A stretch of DNA of 64,000 bases from an uncultured archaeon (GCA_964587725.1 CAZPLO010000001.1:1-64000); one strand, 5' to 3'. Counted from the stretch's first letter, positions 1 through 9,282 are shown. Program-made: numbers and translations. Notes: generated by a model from the sequence alone, not told the origin.

Positions 1-37
1 AAACTATTTTGAATTTTTTTGAAATAATTGATATTTT

Positions 38-121
38 CGCAGAGGTCGGGATTTGAACCCGAGCTCCCGAAGGAACAGGATTAGCAGTCCTGCGCGTTAA
101 ACCTGGCTCCGCCACCTCTGC
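38..121 (-). tRNA. tRNA-Ser(GCT)
   Basis: Minus strand GCAGAGG...CCTCTGC-G acceptor stem; anticodon arm CAGGA-CT-GCT-AA-TCCTG; long variable arm; GGTTCAAATCC T-loop. Confidence 0.95.
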
Positions 122-127
122 ATTTGA

Positions 128-298
128 TTACACTGGTTCGGCTTCGTCCACGAGCATGACGGGGATGCCGTCTTCCACCCGGTATCTGAGCCTGCATTTA
201 CTGCATATGAGGGACTCCCTGGGCTGTTTCTCGTACTCTAGGTCGCCCTTGCATTTTGGGCAGGCGAGCACCTCCAAGAGTTTGTCGTCTAAAGCCAT
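128..298 (-). CDS. trm112: Trm112 family methyltransferase activator (56 aa, absent from ORF track)
   Basis: Manual translation MALDDKLLEVLACPKCKGDL...LICSKCRLRYRVEDGIPVMLVDEA; LACPxCK and YxVxDGIPxML are Trm112 signatures. Confidence 0.92.
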   Translation of the reverse strand: MALDDKLLEVLACPKCKGDLEYEKQPRESLICSKCRLRYRVEDGIPVMLVDEAEPV

Positions 299-319
299 TT
301 TAGCCTTAAAGTTAGGGGT

Positions 320-1312
320 TTACTGGTTTATATCTTGTTTTGACGTCCACTGGCGCGGGTACGCATCCGGGTCCATCACCACCCGTTCCGGCTGCGCCGC
401 CTCCCCCTTCTTGGAGTCCATGATGTTTTGGGAGTCTGTGGAGGCTTTCGCCAGCCCCGCTAGTTCGCCGCGTAACGTGAACACCGCCGTCAACACACCC
501 TTTGTTATGTCGTCTGTGAGGCGGGCTACGCCGGGGTTGTTCAATGGGGCGCCGTGGCAGAATGCGCTGACCGCCGAATCCTTCACCCAGATTTTGGGTA
601 GGTGGTCGACTGCTGACTCCAGCGGCTGAACCAGCTTCCGAAGCCCCTGTTCGTCGCCTTTTCCGCGGTAGTCTTCAACTGCATCCCGGAGGTCGTGTAG
701 TGTGACTATGTTTTCTTCCGTGTAGGGGCCGGTGCGTATGCGGCGGAGCTCCTGCATGTGCGCACCCACACCCAGTATCAGTCCGACGTCGTGGCAGAGT
801 TTCCGTATGTATGTGCCGGCTTCACAGTCTACCGTGAAGAGCACGTAGTCGCCTTCCCGCTCCAGGTACTGTATGGAGTATATGCAGCGGGTTCGGAGCT
901 GCCTTTTCACCGCCGACTTCACCGGCGGCCGCTGGTATATCTCCCCCTGGAAGTAGCTTAGGGTTTTCTTCACCTGGCTGTTGCTGACGTCGCCGTGAAG
1001 TTTCATCAACGTGACATAGGTTTTCCCAGCCAGCAGGAGAGCCTGCAGTATTTTGGTGGCGTCCTCCAACGCTATGGGGAGTACGCCGGTGACTTTGGGG
1101 TCGAGTGTGCCGGAGTGCCCTGTTTTCTGGAAGTCGAACATCTGTTTGACCCACGCGCTCACCTGATGTGACGTCGGCCCCGATGGTTTGTCTATGTTGA
1201 CTACACCTTTCCGGATATGCTCTTCAATAGACCTTGTTTCAGGTGGGCTGCCGTATTCGAGGTTGCCTTCGTCTTCTGCCTTCACCAGAACTTCCGCTTT
1301 CAGAGAAACCAC
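320..1312 (-). CDS. cbf5: H/ACA RNA-guided pseudouridine synthase Cbf5
   Basis: IDKPSGPTSHQV, GHSGTLDPKVTGVL, AGTYIRKLCHD and C-terminal PUA domain. Confidence 0.97.
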   Translation of the reverse strand: MVSLKAEVLVKAEDEGNLEYGSPPETRSIEEHIRKGVVNIDKPSGPTSHQVSAWVKQMFDFQKTGHSGTLDPKVTGVLPIALEDATKILQALLLAGKTYVTLMKLHGDVSNSQVKKTLSYFQGEIYQRPPVKSAVKRQLRTRCIYSIQYLEREGDYVLFTVDCEAGTYIRKLCHDVGLILGVGAHMQELRRIRTGPYTEENIVTLHDLRDAVEDYRGKGDEQGLRKLVQPLESAVDHLPKIWVKDSAVSAFCHGAPLNNPGVARLTDDITKGVLTAVFTLRGELAGLAKASTDSQNIMDSKKGEAAQPERVVMDPDAYPRQWTSKQDINQ

Positions 1313-1317
1313 CCCCG

Positions 1318-1533
1318 CTAAGCTAGGCCTTGTTTAGCGAGTTCCTTGGGCACGTCCTTCCCCCCCACCGTCCACGGCGTGGGCTCCAGGTGGCTGCCGG
1401 ACACAGTCTTCTTCCGCGCGGTAACGCCTTCGACGGTGTACTGGCCGTCCTTAATCCCTGTTATGACGCAGAACTCGCCCGCATCCCGGCCCCTCGTCTT
1501 ACGGCAGACACTGCCCTTGTCCAATAAAGCCAT
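1318..1533 (-). CDS. rpl14e: 50S ribosomal protein L14e
   Basis: MALLDKGSVCRKTRGRDAG..CVI...HLEP; usual position upstream of cbf5; start reassigned to ATG at 1533. Confidence 0.88.
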   Translation of the reverse strand: MALLDKGSVCRKTRGRDAGEFCVITGIKDGQYTVEGVTARKKTVSGSHLEPTPWTVGGKDVPKELAKQGLA

Positions 1534-1639
1534 CTCGTGCACAACACTTAGGAAAAACAGGTATATAAGGGGTGTTTCGGCGCGTTCCGAAGTAAAACCC
1601 CGTGGTTTTTTATAGGAGCCGCTTAAGTGTGTATTTGAG

Positions 1640-3133
1640 GTGATTCCCATGGACGATAAAAACGTCATATTAGCTGGTGTGGCGGCGGTAGCCGTCGTAG
1701 TCATATTGTTATATGCTTTGGCGCCCCGTGACCTGGTGGGCGGCGACTGCGGGACAGTCAGCCCAGAAGGAAGGGATGAGTGCTGCGCACGCCAGAACAA
1801 GGACACACCCCACGCCATGTGCGTGGGCGAATGGAGGTACAGTGAGACAGGATGCAAGTATGTCTGCACGGAAGACATCGGCAGCTTCGAGGAATGCGTT
1901 GCCGCAGGTTACCCGGTGATGGAGAGTTACCCCCGGCAGTGCAGGACATCCGACGGACAAACGTTCGTGGAATACATTGGATTGGACGAGATAACATGTG
2001 AGGACGCGGGCGGGAACTGGAAACCCTGCTCCAACAAGTGCATGCTCATGAACCAGGGCCGCAGCGACATGGCATGCCCGGAAGTTTGCGAGCCACTGTG
2101 CGAGTGCGGGGGCGAAGCGGGTTTCACATGCCCCGAAGGCTACAGATGCGTCATGCCTGAAGGCGTTGCGGACGCCCTCGGATACTGCGAGAAACAGATA
2201 GGAGGCGACCGTGACAGACACGGCTGCCTCGTTGCCGCAGGCTACAGGTGGAACGGCAGCGTGGAAGCATGCATACGGGAGTGGGAGCTGGATGAAAGCC
2301 AGAGGCAGGCTGCCGCGTACGCGGTCGACTACCTCGGCTACGCCAACGGAACAACCGTCACCGGCGTCGAAGTCATGCGTTGCCCCGGCTGCTTCACAGT
2401 TCATGTGGAGCAGGGTAGTGAGAGATACAATGTGACGTTGGCGGGGTGGGACATTAAATCGTGCACGCCCCCCATCACGGGGCTGCCGGATTTAACCCCC
2501 GAAGAGTGCACTGACATGGGCGGAGAGCCCGTGAGCTCCGTCATAGACTCGACAGGCGACCCCTGCCGTGGGGGGAAGAAGCTGGGCAGGGTGAAAGGAT
2601 TCATCTCACCCCACCTCTGCTGCGAGGTAACTGGAGAAGCCGGCCTCACAGCGGTTGAGGCGTTGGAGGCCGCTAAACTGAGCGAATGCACCGCGGTCGG
2701 CGACCTGAGCGGCGTGGCGGCATACAACAACCACACCAAGATGTGGTGGATAAACCTTCAGCCTTATGAACCCAGGGGAGGGTGCAACCCCGCCTGCGTG
2801 GTCGACGACGGCACCATGGCCGCGGAGGTGAACTGGCGTTGCACGGGACTGACTCCGCCGCTTGAGGTAAGCTACGTCAGCACCGACCCGGAGGTATGCG
2901 ACACCATACGCTTCCTCTGCGTCGAGGGCACGCAGCCGTTCTTCAACGAGAGCGGGTGCGGGTGCGCCCCAGATGCGAGAACATATTGTCTGGAGGAGCA
3001 GCGTAACGTTCAGGCGTGCACGATGGAGTATCGGCCGGTGTGCGGGAGCAACGGCGTGACATACAGTAACCCCTGCATGGCCTGCACCAACCCGGAGGTA
3101 GGGTATTGGGTTGAGGGGGAGTGCCCGACATAA
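1640..3133 (+). CDS. Membrane-anchored Cys-rich multidomain surface protein with C-terminal Kazal-like domain
   Basis: N-terminal hydrophobic helix; modules SFEECVAAGYPVMESYPRQC and GGDRDRHGCLVAAGYRW; Kazal-like CTMEYRPVCGSNGVTYSNPC. Confidence 0.8.
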   Translation: MIPMDDKNVILAGVAAVAVVVILLYALAPRDLVGGDCGTVSPEGRDECCARQNKDTPHAMCVGEWRYSETGCKYVCTEDIGSFEECVAAGYPVMESYPRQCRTSDGQTFVEYIGLDEITCEDAGGNWKPCSNKCMLMNQGRSDMACPEVCEPLCECGGEAGFTCPEGYRCVMPEGVADALGYCEKQIGGDRDRHGCLVAAGYRWNGSVEACIREWELDESQRQAAAYAVDYLGYANGTTVTGVEVMRCPGCFTVHVEQGSERYNVTLAGWDIKSCTPPITGLPDLTPEECTDMGGEPVSSVIDSTGDPCRGGKKLGRVKGFISPHLCCEVTGEAGLTAVEALEAAKLSECTAVGDLSGVAAYNNHTKMWWINLQPYEPRGGCNPACVVDDGTMAAEVNWRCTGLTPPLEVSYVSTDPEVCDTIRFLCVEGTQPFFNESGCGCAPDARTYCLEEQRNVQACTMEYRPVCGSNGVTYSNPCMACTNPEVGYWVEGECPT

Positions 3134-3210
3134 GGGCATCCCCGTTATTTTTTTTTGTTTTGACGTGGCTCACGCTGAACGGATGAAAAAATAGAAGTAG
3201 ATGTTTGTTT

Positions 3211-3405
3211 TTAGAGTACCTGTACCTTCTCTGCTTTGGGTCCGCGGTCGCCTTCGACTACTTCAAAGGACACGCGGTCGCCTTCACGGATGCGCTTGCC
3301 TTCTTCGACGCCGCTGCGGTGTACGAAGTAGTCTTGGCCGTCGTCTCCGTTTATGAACCCGAAGTTCTTGGATTCGTTGAAGAACTTGACTGTTCCCTCT
3401 ACCAT
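3211..3405 (-). CDS. Cold-shock domain protein
   Basis: GTVKFFNESKNFGFI (RNP1), DYFVHRS (RNP2), GPKA; strong SD AAGGAGGTGA upstream. Confidence 0.96.
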   Translation of the reverse strand: MVEGTVKFFNESKNFGFINGDDGQDYFVHRSGVEEGKRIREGDRVSFEVVEGDRGPKAEKVQVL

Positions 3406-3624
3406 ACTCTCACCTCCTTAAGTTGACTGCCTCCCGCGGGAAGATTAGATGATAGAGCAATGAGGGAACCGCAAAATGCAGACTCAATTGACACTATAAC
3501 ACACTAACTACCCCGTAGGTTGCACAATAATATACACTGGATGAGAATAAAAACCAATAAAAGGGGGTTTGGGCCTCTGTGAGGCCTGTTTTCAGCTGTA
3601 TAGTTCCTGGATGGCACATCTTCT

Positions 3625-3912
3625 TCAGTAGAACAGGTACACCAACCCCAGCGGGTACTCGTATGTTACTTCAAGAGTGTGCTGTACAAGCGCGAAAAAC
3701 ACGGACATGATAACAAGTGAGATGAACACACCCAATGCCACAACAATCAACGCCTTCACAGCCAGGTGTTTGGAATCTAACACGGTGTCGTGCAGGAAAC
3801 GATACCATATCAGGTACGCGAAAAAGGATGCTAGAGACCATAGGACAGCCAGTACTCCGACCCCCAACCCAAGTTCCACCCCGCTTATGCTCATCGAGAA
3901 CATCACATACAC
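3625..3912 (-). CDS. Small membrane protein, hypothetical
   Basis: Two to three hydrophobic segments; fills the intergenic gap; start uncertain. Confidence 0.55.
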   Translation of the reverse strand: MYVMFSMSISGVELGLGVGVLAVLWSLASFFAYLIWYRFLHDTVLDSKHLAVKALIVVALGVFISLVIMSVFFALVQHTLEVTYEYPLGLVYLFY

Positions 3913-3949
3913 CGAGAATATATTGGGCGAAGCTTAAAAAGAATAGAGT

Positions 3950-4192
3950 ATGGAGTATACCGTGTATATTCTGGAATGCCGTGACGGGACATTGTATACT
4001 GGATACACCAGCGACCTGCGGAGAAGGCTGCGGGAGCACAACCAGGGACTCGGAAGCAGGTACACGAGGGGTAGGACGCCGGTGAAGGTCGTGTACAGGG
4101 AGGAGTACTCCACTCAGAGGGCAGCTATGAGGCGTGAAGCCGAGTTAAAGGAGCTTTCGAGGTCTGGGAAGAAGAGGCTTTTTGGCGGGTGA
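3950..4192 (+). CDS. GIY-YIG nuclease family protein (UPF0213)
   Basis: VYILECRDGTLYTGYTSDLRRRLREHN.G.GSRYTRGR...AMRREAELK. Confidence 0.93.
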   Translation: MEYTVYILECRDGTLYTGYTSDLRRRLREHNQGLGSRYTRGRTPVKVVYREEYSTQRAAMRREAELKELSRSGKKRLFGG

Positions 4193-4277
4193 ATATTTAT
4201 TTATTATCGAGTATACTGTACTTATACTGTGTTTTTCCAGTGGTTGTTTTTGGCTGGGTTGCTCGTCTGGCTTCTAA

Positions 4278-5075
4278 GTGGATAAAATGGGTAAGATGGT
4301 CTTGGAGTTGGCTGTGAAGCCGCTGGCGCCCAAGCGCTTCGGCAGGCTGCGGTGGACCATCAACCCCCTCACCCTCGTGCTGACCTTCGGACTGGTCTTC
4401 TCCCTAGTCAACTACCTCGGCCCCGGGTTGATACAGGATGTGTTGGCCGAATCCGGAGTCCCAGACCACCTGGGTATGGCTGCAGCAGAACCATGCGAGC
4501 CGTCCGCACAGCCGGAGTTGAATTTGAGCCTTGCTGAGGACATTGAATGCAGCCTGGAGGACGGCGGCGGCGGCCGCGACTGGCTTGGGGAGTCCAAGGA
4601 GGCGTTCGATTATTTGAACACCGTCCGCGCGGAACATGGCAGGGCTGAGCTAGCTTGGGATGAGATATCGTATCTGCTGGCAGTCTACCGCTCCAAAGAC
4701 ATGAGCGTACGCGGGTACTTCGACCACGTCACACCCGAAGGCGAATGCGTCAAAGACTACAAAAATATGTTCGGCTTCGGCAGCCAATACAACGTAGCCG
4801 AAAACATCGGCGTCCTAGCCCACTACGACAACGGCATGCCGACCAAGACATCAACCCCGAATGATGCGGTGGAGGGGTGGCTGACCAGCCGAGGCCACAG
4901 ATACAACCTACTCCACCAAGACCACCAACGAGGCGCCATAGGCTGCTACAAAGCCGTCTGCACCTTCATCGGAGCCAACAACTTCCCCAGCGGCCTCGGC
5001 ACAGCCGACTGCATCACCGGAGAAGAAGCCCTCAGGTACTGGGCGGACGCGCCACCTAAGCCAGACGAAATATGA
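4278..5075 (+). CDS. Membrane-anchored CAP/SCP domain protein
   Basis: TM helix, then LNTVRAEHG, DMSVRGYFDHVTP, AENI, GWLTSRGHRYNLL. Confidence 0.88.
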   Translation: MDKMGKMVLELAVKPLAPKRFGRLRWTINPLTLVLTFGLVFSLVNYLGPGLIQDVLAESGVPDHLGMAAAEPCEPSAQPELNLSLAEDIECSLEDGGGGRDWLGESKEAFDYLNTVRAEHGRAELAWDEISYLLAVYRSKDMSVRGYFDHVTPEGECVKDYKNMFGFGSQYNVAENIGVLAHYDNGMPTKTSTPNDAVEGWLTSRGHRYNLLHQDHQRGAIGCYKAVCTFIGANNFPSGLGTADCITGEEALRYWADAPPKPDEI

Positions 5076-5078
5076 AAA

Positions 5079-5095
5079 TGGGCCTGAGGAGATTC
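5079..5095 (-). repeat. 17-bp direct copy of the tRNA(CAT) 3' end (att-like)
   Basis: TGGGCCTGAGGAGATTC is identical to 5235-5251. Confidence 0.9.
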
Positions 5096-5234
5096 CAAAT
5101 CAGAACCTAAGGTTCCGATACCTCCTACCGACCTTCGGTCGGAAGCTTCGCATACCAAAGCAGAATCATAATCACGCCCAGAGGGGCTGGAGCAACGCAG
5201 AACGCCCCTCCTTTGATCAACCTTTAGTAAAGGT

Positions 5235-5309
5235 TGGGCCTGAGGAGATTCGAACTCCCGACCACTCGATTATGAGTCGAGCGCTCTAACCAGACTGAGC
5301 TACAGGCCC
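5235..5309 (-). tRNA. tRNA with CAT anticodon, most likely tRNA-Ile2
   Basis: GGGCCTGTAGCTCAG...CTCGA-CT-CAT-AA-TCGAG...GTTCGAATC...CAGGCCCA; GGGCC acceptor stem resembles archaeal Ile tRNAs rather than initiator Met. Confidence 0.9.
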
Positions 5310-5393
5310 GTCTGTAGCGGTTGTTTATGTGTTCACATTGGGACTGGAGCGTCAGCGGAAGTCGCACCCGCGTGTGCACGGAGCGAGCCGTTC

Positions 5394-5405
5394 AGCTACA
5401 GGCCC
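5394..5405 (-). repeat. 12-bp direct copy of the tRNA(CAT) 5' end
   Basis: AGCTACAGGCCC is identical to 5298-5309. Confidence 0.75.
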
Positions 5406-5555
5406 TTCTATGTGTTTGTGTTTCTTCCCAGCAGGTCGCTGGTGCATGTTTGTGGTTTCGTATTCAGAGGGGCTAAGCGAGCTTGCGAGCGCACGCCCCT
5501 CCCTGGCGTGAACCTACAGTGTAGGTTCAGGGTGTATTATTTAGTGGTTGGTGTT

Positions 5556-6877
5556 TTATAAAGTGGTTTGTTGGGGGTATAGGTGTTTTCTGGCTGCTTT
5601 GTAGACGCGGGCTAGGGTGCGCATTTTCTGTTTGTCTGAGGGGCCGTCGTATATGGCGAGTTGTTCGTCTATGGCTGGGATGTCTTCTCCGGTTTCGATG
5701 TTTTGTAGGTTTAGGAAGGCGTGGGAGTACACATTTTTGGCGTCTAACCATTTCATGACCTCTTCTTCTCCTGCGGACTCTCCCCTTTTCATGACCTCCA
5801 ACTCCATGAAGTCGAGTAGGGTTTTGGGTTTGTTGCCGTCGTGTATGTCAAGTAGGTCGTCGAGTTTCTCCGGTGCCTGCTGGCCGAATATGCTAACGTC
5901 GGCGAGTGTTTCCCTCAGGGGTGGCAGCTGGTTCTCGGTGATGAATTCTGTGCCTCCTGGGCCGCCGGTTCCCGCCACTTTGTCGACGGCTTCCCCGAAT
6001 ATTATGCGGTCTCCTTCTTTTTTGAGTGTGTAGTCTCTGCGGGTGAAGTGTTTTTTCATGTATTCTTCCAGTGGTTTGCCGTGAATCCAGCCGAACGCCC
6101 CGTCTGCGTCGTGGGGAACGGGTGCCGGCCGGTCTTTCACGGGATGCCATTCAGTAACCTGGTATGTTCCGTCCGTCTGGCGTGAAGCTATCAGTATGTA
6201 GTCGTCGCCGCGGGCGCGCATGTATTTCACGTCTTCTGCCGAAGGCGTGGTGTCTCCCTGAGGGTGGGTGTGGTATATGATGGGCGGCAGTGGTTGTGAT
6301 TCGCCGTAGCTCACCTTCAACTGTATGGCGGGGGCTACGTCGCCGGTTTCGTCCAGTCCGTAGCCGGTTAGGGGAACCCTGACCCGGACGTGCTCGTTCA
6401 ACGTCACATGCCGTGGTTTCCCGAACAGGTCCTGGAAACCCCCCTGCCGTTCCACCCCCAGAGCCTCGAGCGCCTGAAGGGTTTTGGACACGAGCTTGTC
6501 CCTGAATTCCCTGCGTTTCATCCCAACCTCCAGCATATGCTCTCCCCCATCTCCGAGCACCGACTCGACTATGTTGCCTATCTGTTGCCGCACAGTCAAA
6601 CCCATCGGCGGCGTCTCATCTTCAGGGCCTAGTTTTTTTCGGTGCCGTCCGGTAGAACCAGTTTCGGCATCCTGTGGTCGAAGACTATCTTCCCCTGGGG
6701 CAGTAGGAAGTCTACGGTGTAGCTGTTGTCTTCCAGGCTTCCGCCAGCCTCCATGTTGTCGTACCAAGCCCGAAGCTCCTCCTGCGGCAGGTTTTTGAGG
6801 GTGTCCAGTTTCCATGGGCGGCCTATCAAGTGGGGTTCCGGTAGGGTCTCTAGTGGAACGTGTCGCCTGCGGTGCAT
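5556..6877 (-). CDS. JAB/MPN (JAMM motif) domain protein, reading frame split by a -1 shift near 6635
   Basis: YHTHPQGDTTPSAED = HxH-x7-S-x2-D; the upstream ORF 6629-6877 joins ORF 5556-6815 by -1 slip at A_AAA_AAC. Confidence 0.7.
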
Positions 6878-6912
6878 CGGTTAATATTAGGGGTGGACGG
6901 GGATAATAGTAT

Positions 6913-7212
6913 ATGGGCGACTGGGTTAGGCTGCGGGAGGGCGTGTGGCGGCGGCCGCTGGCTGTGAACGGTGAAAAAGGTGTTCAGGCGGATTTGATTA
7001 GGTTGGCGTCGGATTTCGTTGACCGGCCGCACGTCCACGACGGGTTCGAGTGGGTTTATGTGCTGGAGGGGTCGTTCACCGACCAGGCAGGTGAACATAA
7101 GGCCGGAGACTTCGTCGTCAACACAACAGAGGGCGTTCACCAGCCCAGGACGGGGCCGGACGGCTGCCTCCTCTTCATCGTCTGGACGGGGTCGGTGACG
7201 CCGGTAGAATGA
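6913..7212 (+). CDS. Cupin domain protein (ChrR/cupin_7-like)
   Basis: PHVHDGFEWVYVLEGSFTD...AGDFV...HQP...GCLLF. Confidence 0.88.
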   Translation: MGDWVRLREGVWRRPLAVNGEKGVQADLIRLASDFVDRPHVHDGFEWVYVLEGSFTDQAGEHKAGDFVVNTTEGVHQPRTGPDGCLLFIVWTGSVTPVE

Positions 7213-7592
7213 AGGGGATTACGTGGAAGCACGTCGCCTGGGACTTGATTGTGTTCGCGGCGGTGATAGTCAGCATCGCATCGGTGAGTATTGAAGTACT
7301 GTATGACCTGGATGAGGGTGAAACCATAATACTGCTTTTCATAGACGCGGTGGCGTTGGGGATATTCGCGGTGGATTTGTGGTTTCTCTGGCAGCATTAT
7401 ACGGGACCCTTCAAAGACTTCATATTCAGCAACTGGCTGGATTTCCTCAGCGCGATACCGGTGTTCAGGATAATCAGGGTGGCGCGGTTTGCGCGGCTGC
7501 TGAAGATGGCGCGACTCCGGAGACTGGGTAAACTCAAGAGGGTCAAGGAGGTTAAAGAAAAGGTAGGGTCTACTGGAAGTACGCCTGGGTGA
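7209..7592 (+). CDS. Stand-alone voltage-sensor-like (Ion_trans S1-S4) membrane protein
   Basis: S2 IFAVDL, S3 NWLDFLSAIP, S4 FRIIRVARFARLLKMARLRR; no pore helices. Confidence 0.8.
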   Translation: MKGITWKHVAWDLIVFAAVIVSIASVSIEVLYDLDEGETIILLFIDAVALGIFAVDLWFLWQHYTGPFKDFIFSNWLDFLSAIPVFRIIRVARFARLLKMARLRRLGKLKRVKEVKEKVGSTGSTPG

Positions 7593-9246
7593 CGTACTGG
7601 TCGACCATCCGGTGGGTGTTGAAGAACGAGCCGTTGAACGCTATGTTGTATGCCACCATACGCGTCCAACCCCGCCTGTCCTTATAGTATGTGGGGGCGA
7701 CCTTCGCCTCCAGTTTACTGTACAGGTCTCCGGCGTCCTTCTTATTGTCTGAATGGCCTTCAGACGGCGGGGGGCCGATACTCCACCCCGTCAGGTCTTC
7801 AACGTGGCCCTCCAGCCACCACCCGTCCAAGACGCTAAAGTTCAGTACGCCGTTGACGGCAGCCTTCATCCCCGACGTGCCGGAAGCCTCCTTCGGCCGC
7901 ATGGGCGTGTTCAGCCACACGTCCGCCCCCGAAACAAGCAGCTTCGCAGAGTACATGTCGTAGTTGTTCAGATATACGGTGGGGACGTCAACCTCCCGCA
8001 TGCTGTCCCACACCCGCTTAATCATCTTCTTCGCTTCTGTGTCGTGGGGGTGGGCTTTTCCGCCGTAGATTACCTGCAGTTTCATGGACCCTGCGATTTT
8101 TTCCAGCCTTTCCGGTTCCGAAAACAGCAGGTCGGCGCGCTTGTATGCCGCCACCCTCCTGGCGAACCCGATTGTGAGCACGTCCTCCTTGAATTCTAGG
8201 TGGTAGTTTTCGTTCACGAACTTGAGCAGTTGTTTCTTGGCTTTCTGGTGCGCCGACCACAGGTCGTCGTCTGGTATGCTTAGGCTGTGGCGCAGGGTGT
8301 AGGGGTCCCGACGCCACGACGGGATGTAGGAGTCGAACAACGCAGCCATGGAATCGCACACCCACGTGGCCGGGTGGATGCCATTGGTTATCGAATCCAC
8401 CCGGTACTGTGGATACATTTTCTGCGCCACCTCACGGTGTTTTTTGGCGACGCCGTTGACGTAGTTTGAGTGGTAGAGGGCGAGGTAGGTCATGTTCAAC
8501 AGTCCGTCGGATATTATTTTGTCGTGTTCCAGCGCCGAGGAATTGAAGTAGCCGCCCAGCACCTCCTCCACCAGGGAAACAGGGAATACGTCGTGGCCCG
8601 CGGGCACCGGCGTGTGGGTGGTGAACACGCACAGTTCCCGAACGCGTTCGAGGTCGTTTTGGTAGCGGTCCATCAGCTCCAGCGTCAGCATCGCCGAATG
8701 TCCCTCGTTCATGTGGTATTTCTCGAGGTTGTCGTGGTCGAGTATCTGCAGCATCCTAACCCCAGCTACCCCCAGAACAGCCTCCTGCTTCAGCCTGTAC
8801 TTGCCGTCGCCGCCGTACAAGTAGCTTGTGAGCTCACGGTCGGCCGGGTCGTTTACGTCCAAGTTGGTGTCCAAAAACAATACAGGCACCTTGAATCCGT
8901 CCAACCCGTCGACTTCATGCACCCACGCCTGAACCATGATGTCCCTGCCCTCCAGGCTAACGGACACCTTCTCCGACAGCAGATTCATGTGGTCGCGGTG
9001 GCTCCAGTTCACAGGCACCTCAACCTGGCTGCCGTGGTCGTCCAACGTCTGGTAGAAGTAGCCTTTCTCGTTCAACAACGTGACAGCTACGACTGGGACG
9101 CCCTTGTCCGCGAACGACTTGACGGTGTCGCCCGCCAACACGCCGAGGCCGCCGGAGTACGTGGGCATCTCCGGCTTCAACCCCACCTCCATGGTGAAGT
9201 ACGCGACCTTCCGGTCCTGCGGCCCGTAAACCAGGTAACTGTTCAT
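7570..9246 (-). CDS. glgP: Alpha-glucan phosphorylase
   Basis: YSGGLGVLAGD, HMNEGH, FTTHTPVPAGHD, ITNGIH, EASGTSGMKAAVNG. Confidence 0.96.
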   Translation of the reverse strand: MNSYLVYGPQDRKVAYFTMEVGLKPEMPTYSGGLGVLAGDTVKSFADKGVPVVAVTLLNEKGYFYQTLDDHGSQVEVPVNWSHRDHMNLLSEKVSVSLEGRDIMVQAWVHEVDGLDGFKVPVLFLDTNLDVNDPADRELTSYLYGGDGKYRLKQEAVLGVAGVRMLQILDHDNLEKYHMNEGHSAMLTLELMDRYQNDLERVRELCVFTTHTPVPAGHDVFPVSLVEEVLGGYFNSSALEHDKIISDGLLNMTYLALYHSNYVNGVAKKHREVAQKMYPQYRVDSITNGIHPATWVCDSMAALFDSYIPSWRRDPYTLRHSLSIPDDDLWSAHQKAKKQLLKFVNENYHLEFKEDVLTIGFARRVAAYKRADLLFSEPERLEKIAGSMKLQVIYGGKAHPHDTEAKKMIKRVWDSMREVDVPTVYLNNYDMYSAKLLVSGADVWLNTPMRPKEASGTSGMKAAVNGVLNFSVLDGWWLEGHVEDLTGWSIGPPPSEGHSDNKKDAGDLYSKLEAKVAPTYYKDRRGWTRMVAYNIAFNGSFFNTHRMVDQYVTQAYFQ

Positions 9247-9282
9247 TAAAACAAAATAGATTTCACCGGATAAATAGAGAGA

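Noticed and set aside
3625-5095. Integrated element bounded by the tRNA 3' copy
   Set aside because: These genes lie outside the two repeat copies and no integrase is present
5235-5309. Initiator tRNA-Met
   Set aside because: Lacks the A1-U72 pair and the three G-C anticodon-stem pairs; elongator Met cannot be fully excluded
5079-5529. CRISPR array or split/intron-containing tRNA
   Set aside because: Repeats are tRNA fragments without regular repeat-spacer periodicity, the tRNA is complete, no bulge-helix-bulge was seen and no cas genes are present
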